A DNA stretch of 64,000 nt from Daphnia carinata (lineage: Eukaryota): the NCBI RefSeq assembly GCF_022539665.2, contig NC_081333.1:3720001-3784000 (forward strand), given 5' to 3'. The notes beneath the pieces were generated by a model that saw only the letters and a program-made list of their open reading frames with translations, made no database searches and was not told where the DNA came from. Positions 24,958 to 38,157 of the stretch are shown here, piece by piece (within the stretch, counting starts at the first letter, position 1; the number at the start of each line of letters is the position of its first letter). The translations under genes were made by a program, and so were the position numbers.

Positions 24958-25392
24958 TAAAAGTTGGGTTAAAAAATAAGCCCGGGCTTATATTGTCGGG
25001 CTTAAAATGTTTTCCTATTAAACAATAATAGCATTAAATCTAGATAACTATAGATGATTCTGATTCAGAATTAACCATAGGAACACGAAAATGGAATTTG
25101 TTTTTACATAGACTTTATAGTTTTGGAGTAATCTAAAATATAAAATTAGTGTGTGTGCGAATCGAAACCATTACTAGCGGGCCAGTACTCTACAGCGCTA
25201 GCGTGACACATCAAACTTCTTCGATTATTAAAAAACCATAAACTTTATGTAAAATCAAATTTCATTTTCGTGTTCCTCGTTAAATATAGAATCAGAATCA
25301 TATATAGTTATCTAGATTTAATGATATTATTTTTTAATAGGAAAAAATTTTAAGCCCGACAATATAAGCCCGACAAAATAAGCCCAACTTTA
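24958..25392. mobile_element. Small foldback/MITE-like element with ~170-bp imperfect inverted arms and AATAAGCCCG subterminal repeats
   Basis: 24958-25135 is an imperfect reverse complement of 25225-25392. Related segments occur at 13180-13245, 16420-16590, 21815-21985, 25635-25700 and 34195-34245. Confidence 0.7.
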
Positions 25393-25777
25393 TGTTTTTT
25401 TACGGTTAATCCAAAAAGAAGAAACCTAATACAAAAATATACCCCATTTTCGGGATCAGCGATCAATTTCGAATCGGAATAATGCATTTTTAATGAAATC
25501 TAGGATTTTGAAGAAATTGGCAAAATTTTAGATTTCGCTTTAAATACATGGTTTCGATGCAGAATTGAACGGGCATCACGAACATGAGGGTTGTTTTCTC
25601 GTGGGACTCATAGTTTTTGAATAAAACGTAAAAGAAGGTAAAAGTTGCGTTAAAAAATAAGCCCGGGCTTATATTGTCGGGTTTACAATTTTTTTCTATA
25701 TTGTTCTCACTTGTGTGTATTTGCGCTATATTCAACTGGGGTAAGAGATTTATGTGTATATATTATTTTTGTTTCAG

Positions 25778-26499
25778 CTAACTACGGCGCGATGCTGCTG
25801 TTGGCCGTTGTCTCTCTGATGGCTGGACAGGCCGTGGGTGGACCAATGGGTTCACCTTCTTCTGTGTACTACACCACTCCGGCGTCTTACTACACCACGA
25901 CCTATGCTGCGCCCAGTTACTACACCACCAAGGCTCCCAAGTACTATACCACAACATATGCTGCTCCTAACTACTACACCACTAAGGCTCCCGAGTACTA
26001 CACCACGACGTATGCAGCACCCACTTATTACACTACAAAGGCGCCCGAGTACTACACCAAAAAGGTGCCCGAGTACTACGCGACCACATATGCAGCTCCG
26101 AGTTACACTACGGAGGCTCCGAGATACTACTCTGCACCGAGCTATAGCACAGAGGCGCCAGTGTATTACACAACAACCTACGCCACTCCAAGCTACTACA
26201 CCGAAGCTCCCGCCTACGATACCACAAAGGCCCCTGAGTATTACACCACAAGGTACGCTTCTCCGTCTTATTACACTGAGGCCAAGAAATATTACTCTGC
26301 TCCGAGCTACACAACAACTGCGTCGTACTACACCACGACAGAGGCGCCCAAGTACTACGTGGCTCCAACATACTACACTGCAGCTGCCCCGTCTTACTAC
26401 GCTGAGTCGACATACTACTCTGAAGCCTCGAAGTCTTATGCTGCCCCAAGTTACTCCACAACGGCTGTTTTAATATTTGCTGTCCTCGTTCCAAAATGA
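25778..26499 (+). CDS. YYTT repeat protein gene A, copy 2
   Basis: Translation identical to the 13257-14045 ORF. Confidence 0.8.
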
Positions 26500-29368
26500 G
26501 TTATTACCCTGCCATGTATTTATCTTTAACTAGTCGTTCCATACGCACGTTGTTTATTCTAAATGAAATGTTGAATACAGTCATACTGTCGTTACCGAAT
26601 CCACTTGTCTTTATTCTTTATCACGTAAAGCGGATGAAGCGATTGAAATGTGGGTTCGTACAACGTTATAATTTCTAAACACAATTATGCATTAGGACGT
26701 ATTAGTAAGAACTATGTCATGCGTATTTATAAATTTACCGCGAGTTTATATATTCAATTACGTAGGACGAAGTCGCATTGGCTTATTGCGTTAGGGCATT
26801 GGCGTTGTTCAGTTGTCGTGGTTAAAATCCATTTTTCTTTCCCGTTTTATGACTGAATATTAGCGAAACTTTGTTTCATCGATTAAAAATATATATGCTT
26901 AATATTCGGCAGAGATATCAGTATCGGTTTGCCAGTTTTGATTTTAGTTTTAGGGAAAATAGCCAAAAAGGTTGGGCTAAGCACTTGACTGACATGCTAG
27001 TACCCTCCAGACTTTCACCATGTTGGCCCGGATCATATTGCTGTACAATATGATCCCTATCGTGACGTCAGCTGATAGCTCTTACATCTCTATTCCGTTT
27101 TGGCATTGGAATGGGGGACCAATCCCATACCAACGCTTGGCGTTTCGAGTTGTAATTGCTTACAGACTCCTGGTACTAGTTCCCACCACTAGGAGGGTTT
27201 GTCAGACCGAGTAATTGTTCAAGTGCCGCTACGTGAAGATGCTCACGCAACTATTATATACCGTGAATCACGGCACCAAAACAGGTTGCTGACACAAGCG
27301 GGCATTTTCCGGCATAAAACATCTCCCATTTAAATTCGGCGAAACTATTCTACAATGTAAGAAATGAACTGTATCCAGAAAATAGCGATAAATATCATCC
27401 AAGGTAATTATAAAACAAAAAACTTGATTAAATGTTTTAAATTTTCAATTATTATATCTCACTGACGAATTAGGGTGTGGCATCACGCACCGTTAATGGT
27501 ATGCAAGAATACTCCATATCACCTGGCGGCCGATATTGGCACTAATGCGTCCATGCATTGACTGGGTGTTAATGCAGTTGTGTCGTGAAAAAAAAGTAAA
27601 AGCCAAGGTAAGGCCGTAATTACTTATTTTTGGCATTCGTATACACGCATACGTAGTCCTGTATCCAGCTCACTGCGTCTGGTGAACCATAATAATTCAA
27701 TGATCCCGCTTCCTAAATTTCCCCATTGGAAAACAATGACCTATGCCACATTCCCAGGGCTTTTCAAGTCGGGTAGACAAATGTTTGTCTAACATCAGTG
27801 ATTCCTTTTATGGCAACGATCCCACGGCAATCTTGTAGCTCCCACGACGATCCTCGCTGGGCCTTTTCGCTCCTTTGGCCGGCCAATCTAGATACATAAA
27901 ATACAAAAAAACACAGTTAGTACACTTTAACTTATCAATGATACCTGCTGTTGGTGTCGCCGATCCTCGGTGTCCCGCGGTCAACGGTGACGTCCAGAGA
28001 TTGCCCTCCTCATTCATCGAGAACGAAATAAAAACAAAAGAGAACAAAGAATTGCTTTTGATTACTCAAATAACAACACCTGTCTGCTTAACACTAGCAC
28101 ATATCAAGTACGCGAATGACATACAGTTTCCGAGGGATAGGTCCTGAAATAAAATTTATCGTTAATGATGAACAGGTTAGGAAAGTCGTGTTGTTGTTAA
28201 CGTTAGTAGTGTTTTTGCATATTGTGCAGAGAGGTCTGATAGCCAGTTGGTGTGCAAATTGCAAAAGGTGCAAAGGTGGGAAAATACGGAGTGCATTGCA
28301 TGGACGCAGTGTAGTGCAAAAGTAAACCGTGTAACGATGATTGTGCCTTAATCATCGTTTTTCTAATCTATTTATTCTAATCTATCTTATGCTAACTAGA
28401 CTATACACCCGTGCGAAGGCAAAACCCAGTGCTTATATGAGGCTTTCGTGGTGTGAGCGTGATTGAGAAGGCGTGAAACACTACACAAAACACCCGGAGA
28501 GATATATCTACACTAGTGTGCACCGTGCAAGTGAATGAACTACTGATCGGAAAAGCGGAATTTTTTTTTTTTTTTAATTGAATGGCTTGATGACATTGAT
28601 ATATTCGAGGTCACTGCTTATAGAGAGATCAGTTAGGGTGGAATTGGCATTTCTTCCGCTTATGCTGAAATTTTTCAAAAGCTATCGACCTTCAGGTTTA
28701 TGTTACCCTTCCTTTAAATCTTAGGTCCAAGAAGTGTTGTTTTCCTTGTAAAGCAAAAGTGAGGCACGTTGACGTAGTTTTCCTTTTAATGCATTTAAAT
28801 CTATAACTTTCTAGTGTAATGAACTCCTTCAGTTGATGCTTGTGAGAAAGTAAGAAGGCTATAGCCTTCTCACTTTTCCAATTTTCTTCAAATCCTAGAT
28901 TTCATTAAAAATACATTACTCCGATTCGAAATTGATCGCTGATCTCGAAAATGGGGTATATTTTTATATCAGGCTTCTATTTTTTGAATTAACCATAAAA
29001 AACAGAAAGTCGGGCTTATTTAGTCGGGCTTATTTAGCCGGGCCTAAAATATTTTTCGGTCAGTGTATGTAGAGAATTAACTAGAAACGTGACTGTTAGA
29101 TGGCGATAGCAGTAAAACAGAAAAAAAGGCCCATGTTTTTTTTGTTTTTTTTGGGGTAAAATGTATGGCAATCCGTTTTAAATAAAAAAAAAAAAAATGG
29201 CGGAAAAAAAAAAAATCGCACTTTTTTCTCTTTTTTCTACCCGTAGCCATCTATCAGTCGGTTTCGTTATTACAGGCATGTAAGCAATTTCAGTTAATTG
29301 TATCCCATTAGCAGTTAATTGAGTAGCGTGGCTGGAGAACAACGCGTGGCTGGAGGAACAATTGAAAA

Positions 29369-30085
29369 ATGGATAAGATAATAAAACAAAAAAATGGTAA
29401 GTATAAACATTATTATATTGGTTTTCAATTATTAATTATTGTTTATTAGATCAAATTATGAAGCTGCAGGCCCAGTTATTGGAACAACACAAAATATTAG
29501 ATAATAAAGCTAAGGATCGTAGGCCTAACACGTAATGATTCTATTTATTTGCTTTTATTCATTCGTGTTTTGTAGCTCAAATTTTGAGTCTTCAAGCTCA
29601 GCTAGGGGAAAAGAACAAATTGGAACGGAACAGTTTCCAAACAGTGAAGGAGGTTTTTCAAAACTCATCTCTAACTGAACGTGAGGATGAGTTGGCATTA
29701 GGCGAACACAGCCAGGTACCTAAACTTTTCAAATAAGAATTCAAAATAAGTATAGAATTTTAAAAAACAATTATTTATTGCTTAGTTATTCAGTCCACCA
29801 CCTGACAGTGTGTTAAATTTAAATTCTGTTAGTGCTGCACTAAAAGAATCGTTAGTAATAAGCTCATGCAGTGAAGGAACTGAACAATTGTGGGAACGTA
29901 TTTGGGCCGAAAATGGGTGTGGTACAGAAACCCAGAAATGGCACAAGTTCAACATGAAACATGGATTAGGTACTTTTCGGTTTTTTTGTCTATCGAAAAA
30001 GTATTTTTAATGCTATTATTTTGCATTCACAGATTTTAACGGGGGATCAAATCAAGTCTGGAAGTGTTACAGGATGGAAGAGTGA
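29369..30085 (+). pseudogene. Orphan gene X copy 3
   Basis: Same exons as 16914-17628, with the T5 allele that keeps exon 3 in frame. Confidence 0.55.
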
Positions 30086-33000
30086 GCCTACAGATGAAAA
30101 AACACTGAGAGTGCATTACCGTAAGGTGTGAGGTAAATTAATAGAGTAATGCAAATTGCCTAATGAGAAGTACCATCTTGTGTTAATGAATCCAGTACAA
30201 CAGCAATCCTTTATAGTTCTGTCACAGCTAGAAGCCTCAAATAATTCTGCTTCTCTGTCTAAAGAACAACTTGTCCTTTACGTTCAGAGTGTTGGGGAAA
30301 CTGGGTACTTAAATGGCCCTAAAGATGTTTTAATTTTGCTGCTATTGCAGAGATGAACATCATACATGGACTCTTTAGGTATGAAAGGATTTTTCTTCAA
30401 ATAATTTTGAATTTATGACGAAGAATTTCTCCTCCTTTTTGCCAACCAGGTCTTATCTACCAAAAAAAATTTTATCCAATAGGAAAGGATTTTCATGTAC
30501 TGGGAACACAACTATCAACAATGCAACATTCTACAGGTGCTAGTTTATCATTCAAGAGCCTTATACAATGAAGTTAATCTGCAATTTGTATGTCCTTTCC
30601 CAAGCTTCCACCAGAAGTTGAATCTATGAGTCATGTAAGTTCCATGATCAACAATTGATGTGTTTAACGGTGTTGTTTTTCTTTTCTCAATATAGGTTAA
30701 TAGTAACATTGGATCTGAAAAGATTCTTGGTTGGGGCAAGACACTGAATAAATTGTATTGATTGGATGGATGACATGACATTGCTATACTTAATTCGGAT
30801 TCCCCAGACGGTATTTGATATTTAAAAAATTGAAGTGCATATCTGGGCTCCCTTCTTTTCTGAAGCCCCGTTTCCCCTTGACTCATAATAAGCCCGTAGG
30901 GGGTCATGCCCCTACTGTACGGTATATATAAAAACAACATATACCGAGGTTTGGAGGGCTCTGGCCGGAAAGGGGACGTGGGGTGCCGCTTAGTCCGATG
31001 ATGTGTTCACGGAGGGTGACGTGGCTGCCCACAAATCCGAACTAAAGGTTAATCGCTCCTGTAAAAATGTTCCAAATCTTCAGCTCTTCTTCCGGCTTCT
31101 CTTAGCCAATCACCGGGTAATCTCCCCGGTGGGTCAACAAGGCAGTGTCTCCCCCTGCCTGGGTTGACGGCAACTTTTGAAAGGGCTATTGTGCCTTTTT
31201 AAAGTTGCAAAAATAATTGATGTGCAGAGAATTGTCAATAAATTTTTTTTATAAAATGTTTTTGCAAAATTTTTTTCTTTCATTGTCTGTGTTCACATAT
31301 TACATTTATCAACTTTTTTTTTATTTAGCTTGCGCAATTTACCTAATTGTTTATGCCACCTTTGATGGTAAGCATTGTTTCCATTGGTTTATCGTTTATC
31401 TGTAAGCATTCAATTATTATCCAGGGATCGAACCCTGGATGTTCGACATACCGCGCCGATGCTATACCAATGAGCCATGAATCATATGATGTAAGGTTAG
31501 CTTTTTTCTAGCTAGTTTCTAGCTTGCGGACTTGCATTTACACTTTGAATAAAATTGGAACGTAGATCTTTATACATCTATTAAGGTTTGAACCCAGGGT
31601 AACAGTTACCGCAGCTGAATGCTCTACCACAGAGCTATGAACCTTATGAAAGCTATAAAAAGATAAATATATACTTGTGAAAGACTACAAACATCCTAGA
31701 CTATAACATATGATATGCCATAATAGATATAATATGATAGATATATCTCGTGGCTCAATGTTAGAGCATCGGCGTTGCACGCTGAATGTGTGGGGATCGA
31801 TTCCCATACCAGTAAAACTATATACAAGTATAAAATTACTTCAGAAAATATCCAGGTATTACACGTTGTTCCTTGTCTAAGTTCAAGAATTCAAGAAGTG
31901 TAATAAATACTAATTGAATACTAACAGATAAGCGATACAACGGTGGCAAAAACCATAAAAATGAATTGAGCAAGCTAAATAAAAAAAAAAAGTTGATAAA
32001 TGTAATGTGTGAACACAGCTAACACAGACAATGAAAGAAACAAATTTTGCAAAAAATATTTTATAAAAAAATTTTTATTGATAATTCTCTGGACATTACA
32101 AATATTTTTGCAACTTTAAAAAGGCACAATAGCCCTTTCAAAAGTTGCCGTCAACCCAGGCAGGGGGAGACACTGCCTTGTTGACCCACCGGGAGATTAC
32201 CCGGTGATTGGCTAAGAGAAGCCGGAAGAAGAGCTGAAGATTTGGAACATTTTTACAGGAGCGATTAACCTTTAGTTCGGATTTGTGGGCAGCCACGTCA
32301 CCCTCCGTGAACACATCATCGGACTAAGCGGCACCCCACGTCCCCTTTCCGGCCAGAGCCCTCCAAACCTCGGTATATGTTGTTTTTATATATACCGTAC
32401 AGTAGGGGCATGACCCCCTACGGGCTTATTATGAGTCAAGGGGAAACGGGGCTTCAGAAAAGAAGGGAGCCCAGATATGCACTTCAATTTTTTAAATATC
32501 AAATACCGTCTGGGGAATCCGAATTAAGTATAGCAATGTCATGTCATCCATCCAATCAATACAATTTATTCAGTGTCTTGCCCCAACCAAGAATCTTTTC
32601 AGATCCAATGTTACTATTAACCTATATTGAGAAAAGAAAAACAACACCGTTAAACACATCAATTGTTGATCATGGAACTTACATGACTCATAGATTCAAC
32701 TTCTGGTGGAAGCTTGGGAAAGGACATACAAATTGCAGATTAACTTCATTGTATAAGGCTCTTGAATGATAAACTAGCACCTGTAGAATGTTGCATTGTT
32801 GATAGTTGTGTTCCCAGTACATGAAAATCCTTTCCTATTGGATAAAATTTTTTTTGGTAGATAAGACCTGGTTGGCAAAAAGGAGGAGAAATTCTTCGTC
32901 ATAAATTCAAAATTATTTGAAGAAAAATCCTTTCATACCTAAAGAGTCCATGTATGATGTTCATCTCTGCAATAGCAGCAAAATTAAAACATCTTTAGGG

Positions 33001-33231
33001 CCATTTAAGTACCCAGTTTCCCCAACACTCTGAACGTAAAGGACAAGTTGTTCTTTAGACAGAGAAGCAGAATTATTTGAGGCTTCTAGCTGTGACAGAA
33101 CTATAAAGGATTGCTGTTGTACTGGATTCATTAACACAAGATGGTACTTCTCATTAGGCAATTTGCATTACTCTATTAATTTACCTCACACCTTACGGTA
33201 ATGCACTCTCAGTGTTTTTTCATCTGTAGGC

Positions 33232-33947
33232 TCACTCTTCCATCCTGTAACACTTCCAGACTTGATTTGATCCCCCGTTAAAATCTGTGAATGCAAAATA
33301 ATAGCATTAAAAATACTTTTTCGATAGACAAAAAACCGAAAAGTACCTAATCCATGTTTCATGTTGAACTTGTGCCATTTCTGGGTTTCTGTACCACACC
33401 CATTTTCGGCCCAAATACGTTCCCACAATTGTTCAGTTCCTTCACTGCATGAGCTTATTACTAACGATTCTTTTAGTGCAGCACTAACAGAATTTAAATT
33501 TAACACACTGTCAGGTGGTGGACTGAATAACTAAGCAATAAATAATTGTTTTTTAAAATTCTATACTTATTTTGAATTCTTATTTGAAAAGTTTAGGTAC
33601 CTGGCTGTGTTCGCCTAATGCCAACTCATCCTCACGTTCAGTTAGAGATGAGTTTTGAAAAACCTCCTTCACTGTTTGGAAACTGTTCCGTTCCAATTTG
33701 TTCTTTTCCCCTAGCTGAGCTTGAAGACTCAAAATTTGAGCTACAAAACACGAATGAATAAAAGCAAATAAATAGAATCATTACGTGTTAGGCCTACGAT
33801 CCTTAGCTTTATTATCTAATATTTTGTGTTGTTCCAATAACTGGGCCTGCAGCTTCATAATTTGATCTAATAAACAATAATTAATAATTGAAAACCAATA
33901 TAATAATGTTTATACTTACCATTTTTTTGTTTTATTATCTTATCCAT
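33232..33947 (-). pseudogene. Orphan gene X copy 4, head-to-head with SDR1
   Basis: Reverse-complement copy with ATG at 33947 and the T5 allele. Confidence 0.55.
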
Positions 33948-34519
33948 TTTTCAATTGTTCCTCCAGCCACGCGTTGTTCTCCAGCCACGCTACTCAATTA
34001 ACTGCTAATGGGATACAATTAACTGAAATTGCTTACATGCCTGTAATAACGAAACCGACTGATAGATGGCTACGGGTAGAAAAAAGAGAAAAAAGTGCGA
34101 TTTTTTTTTTTTTTTCCGCCATTTTTTTTTTTTTTTTTTTTTTAAAAACGGATTGCCATATAAAACGGATTGCCATATATTTTTGCCGAAAAAAATTTTA
34201 AGCCCGAATAAATAAGCCCAAGCGCCAGTACGTTACAGCGCTAGCGCTATGCAGCTGAAATATGCGGTGAGTGTATGTAGAGAATTAACTAGAAAAGTGA
34301 CCGGTAGAGGTCGATAGCAGTAAAACAGAAAAAAAAATAATATTTATTTTTTTTTTTGTAAAACGGATTGCTACATTGCCATACCTGCGTTGTATCATAA
34401 CATATCAGTGTTCTTTACAAAGTCATTATCAGAAACTTGTAAAGCGAATGGGAGCCGATTGTATGAGGCGTTAGAATTTTTCCCTTTTATATTTGGTAAA
34501 TCTCTAGATTTCAGTCATA

Positions 34520-35496
34520 ATGGCTGACCAAAAAGTTGCCTTGATCACGGGTAATTGACACTTTTTCAACAACAGATGTACATGTCTCTGAACATAATAA
34601 ATCTTCACTTACATTTTCATAAATTCAAGGTGCAAGTTCTGGTATTGGCGCTGCAACCGCTATACATTTCGCAAAACTAGGATACAAATTAGCCATTTGT
34701 GGGAGAAATGCAGCTGCTCTCGCTGAAACAACAACCCATTGCCTGGAAGCAAATGACAAACTGTCTGCGGACAGTGTAAACTTCATTTTGTGTACTTTCC
34801 ATTTATATATCTCTAATTACATTTTGTTCATAGGTACTACAATTGGCTGGGGACATGTCTGTTGAAAAGGATTGTGAAGATGCAGTGAAAAAAGCTGTTG
34901 AGAAATTCAATAGATTAGATGTTCTCATTCCTTGTGCAGGAATATTGACTACTGGCCCACTGGAAACTATATCATTGGATGAATATGACAATCTAATGAA
35001 CATCAATTGCAGGTCAATTATCTTACTTATGAAACTTTGCACTCCACACCTCATTGAAACAAAAGGGAACATTGTGAATGTTTCTAGTGTGACAGGACTA
35101 AGAGCTGTATGTTCCACTGGTGCAGTTTATTAGTGATTCATTTGTTGTTCAATATTTCCCTTCTAGTTTCCAGGTGTGTTGTCCTATTGTATCAGTAAAG
35201 CCGCTGTTGACCAGCTGACTCGTTGTTCTGCATTGGAATTAGCACCAAAAGGAGTGCGCGTCAATGCTGTAAATCCTGGTGTCATCATTACCCATTGCCA
35301 TAAGCGCGCCGGAATGACAGAAGAAGCTTACGCCAAATTTTTAGAACATTCGAAAACTACGCATGCCCTTGGACGTCCTGGCACTGCTGATGAGGTTGCT
35401 AAAGCTATTGCATTCCTGGCTTCGGATGACGCATCGTTCATTACAGGGGTCACACTCCCCGTGGATGGCGGCCGTGGCATAATGTGTCCCCGATGA
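34520..35496 (+). CDS. Classical short-chain dehydrogenase/reductase (FabG-like), 4 exons
   Basis: VALITGASSGIGAATA, GNIVNVSSV, catalytic YCISK, VRVNAVNPG, FITGVTLPVDGG. Confidence 0.93.
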
Positions 35497-35945
35497 ATCA
35501 AAGAATTTGATTTTAGATACTGTAATCGGGTAGATTTGGAAGCAGTTACATGCCAGTAACAGAAATGATGACTTTGTAAGCTTACATCATATACTTTTGA
35601 TTACACGTTGATTGGCTACAGGTGTAAGTTTGCAATTTAGTTTGGTGTCCTCTAGAGCCCTCTAGAGCAACGTAACAATAAAGTGAACATATTTGGTATG
35701 CATATTGCAGCGCTACTCGCCAATGTTGTCCTACCTAAAAAATAATAGGTGAACGATCCTTGGCCCTAAATATTGGAACATGTTGCAACCTCAAACATAC
35801 ACAGATTTTTTGTTATCTGGTGGCGCAAGAATGTTATCGAACCGACATCGATAACCGTTCACGTAACTGGACGGTATAAAAACAAGGATGTATGCATTGA
35901 CTTATATACTTTAAATTTTGTTCAGGCATCGCATACGGGTAACAA

Positions 35946-36912
35946 ATGTCTAACGTGAAAGTCGCTCTTATTACTGGTATCTAACTTAACACAACTGCTT
36001 TTAACTTCATTAATAACACCCCATTTTTCTCTGTTTTAGGTGCAAGCTCCGGAATTGGTGCAGCAACTGCGGTGCATTTCGCTAGCATAGGCTACAGATT
36101 AGCCATTTGCGGAAGAGATGAAACTGCTTTAGCAAAGACTGCCGCGCAATGTTTGGAGGCCAATCCCCAACTCTTGTCACATGATGTAATGATTCTGACC
36201 TAAAAAACGGTTATATTTTTAATTAAACATTTGTTTCATCGAAGGTATTGGCTTTGGTTGGAGATCTGACAGCGGAAAAGGATTGTGAGGATGCGGTGAG
36301 CAAAACAATAGAGCGTTTCAAAAGACTTGATGTTCTTATTCCAAATGCTGGAATCCTAGTCATTGGGTCTCTTGAAACGCATTCTTTGGAGGAGTATGAC
36401 CGTGTCATGGATATTAACTGTCGTTCAGTCGTTGTCTTGATGAAGTTGTGTATCCCTCATCTTGTCGAATCGAAGGGAAACATAGTTAGTGTTTCCAGCA
36501 TTTGCGGGCTGCGAGCGGTAGTCTTTTTTGCTACCTAAAGAATTGCATAATGGACCTAATTATTGATTTTCTTTGGTCACAGTTCCCCGGATCGCTGTGC
36601 TACAATGTTAGCAAAGCAGGCGTAGACCAACTAACTCGATGCTCTGCACTAGAATTAGCTCCTAAAGGAGTCCGCGTGAACGCTGTCAACCCGGGTGTGA
36701 TCATCACAGAATGTCAGAAACGTGCAGGGATGACTGACGATTTTTACGCCAAATTCATGGAACATTCGAAAACGACACATCCACTCGGGCGGCCTGGTAC
36801 GGCGGAAGAAGTTGCCAAAGCGATTGCGTTTCTTGCCTCGGACGACGCCTCTTTTATTACAGGAGTGACGTTACCCGTGGATGGTGGCCGGAGTGTATCT
36901 TGTCCCCGCTAA
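35946..36912 (+). CDS. SDR tandem paralog, 4 exons
   Basis: MSNVKVALITGASSGIGAATA, YNVSK, FITGVTLPVDGG; same intron positions as SDR1. Confidence 0.93.
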
Positions 36913-37424
36913 GCAAACCAATTATCAAATACAATGAATGCCTAAACACAAGCTTTTTAAAAGTACTAAGCTGTCTGTTTAAGATCTGTGAATGACAAGT
37001 ATCTAAAAACACTTGGTTAAGCTGTCCGAAGGTGGGCTAGCTCTTTAAAGGCTGGATATTACCATCAATTTTAAGGCCTGTAGGGAAAGCTGAATTATTT
37101 TTTACATCAGAAAAATGTTACCTTTATTTGCACTGATGGTAAGAATGGCGCCACGCCCCATTTCAACATTTAACGAACCAGTCAATATTTTTAGGGTGGA
37201 GTACTCCATACCGCTAGGCGTTAGCATCTGCAATCCTGCGTCCGCCAATCCAGTTACAGTCGGCGTTGACCTTTCTTACAATAGAGCTCTTACTTGTTAG
37301 TTAAGCGCTTTTACCAAGGTATGAGCACGTAACCTAAATTTGAAGGATAAAAAAACAATCTGTTCATCTTAAACACGTAAGTATAAAATGACTTCATGGA
37401 ACTCGTTTGACTTTCTTTCCTTAG

Positions 37425-38157
37425 ATGGGCGTAATTGATATGGAAAAAATTGTTACGTCGACTATGATGCCCGCCAATGTGACTGAGGAGATTCCATGGG
37501 TTGAAACAACCATTGCTGGCGGATTCCGGATCTGGCAGGTTCTCTTCCTCAGTGGAGCAGTTCTTTTAGCCGTCGGTATTTGACAACGGATCCGGAGAAA
37601 ATTTGGCGATTTATGACTCATTTGCTTGTACTGTTACAGTAATAATTCTGTGCTGCTGCGTACGCATACGTATTCCACGAACTAAACAAGAAATTGAGGC
37701 CGACTTCCGACGTAAGCAGCTTTCCAAGCGCTTCAAGCAAGAACTTAAGCGTATTCGAAATTCCGAATTGGATGTGATGGACCTCAGGCGGGGTATTACG
37801 CAATGCTCATCTGCTCACTTTAAATTCGTTTGATAACGGCTAAGCTTTACAAAAAACCTACGCCCAAATAGCACTTGATCGAGTACGAGCCGACTTCCAC
37901 TCGGACACGGAAAGCTTCTGCGGTAATCAATCCGACATTTTCACTTCTTTGGCCCAAGGAGGAGTAGGTTCACCGGGAGAGGATAGCCCACTAGACTCAA
38001 GCGGTGAGCATTAAAATCTGTTAATTAAAGCTTGAATGTAAAACTTTTTGCGTCTTTGCTAGACTACAACGTTACCCAACAATGGTTAGAAATGCAAATG
38101 TCCAAGCTACGTCCGGCGGCGCCATTACCTAAACCTTATACAACTCAGCCTGTATAA
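37425..38157 (+). CDS. TMIE: TMIE (transmembrane inner ear protein)-like small membrane protein, 4 coding exons
   Basis: Spliced GFRIWQVLFLSGAVLLAVVIILCCCVRIRIPRTKQEIEADF resembles the TMIE signature (TM segment, Cys cluster, R-x-PRT-x-x-EIEA), recalled from memory. Confidence 0.75.

Larger units (their letters stand above)
13059..25513 (+). repeat. ~12.45-kb direct-repeat unit, copy 1
   Basis: Sequence from AAATTGGCAAAATTTTAG (13059) recurs at 25514; all ORFs recur at an offset of ~12454-12457. Confidence 0.97.
25514..34160 (+). repeat. Direct-repeat unit copy 2, truncated: arm L2 26466-31215, spacer 31216-32102, partial arm R2 32103-34160
   Basis: Near-identical to 13059-21697; spacer in the same orientation as in copy 1. 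Confidence 0.97.
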
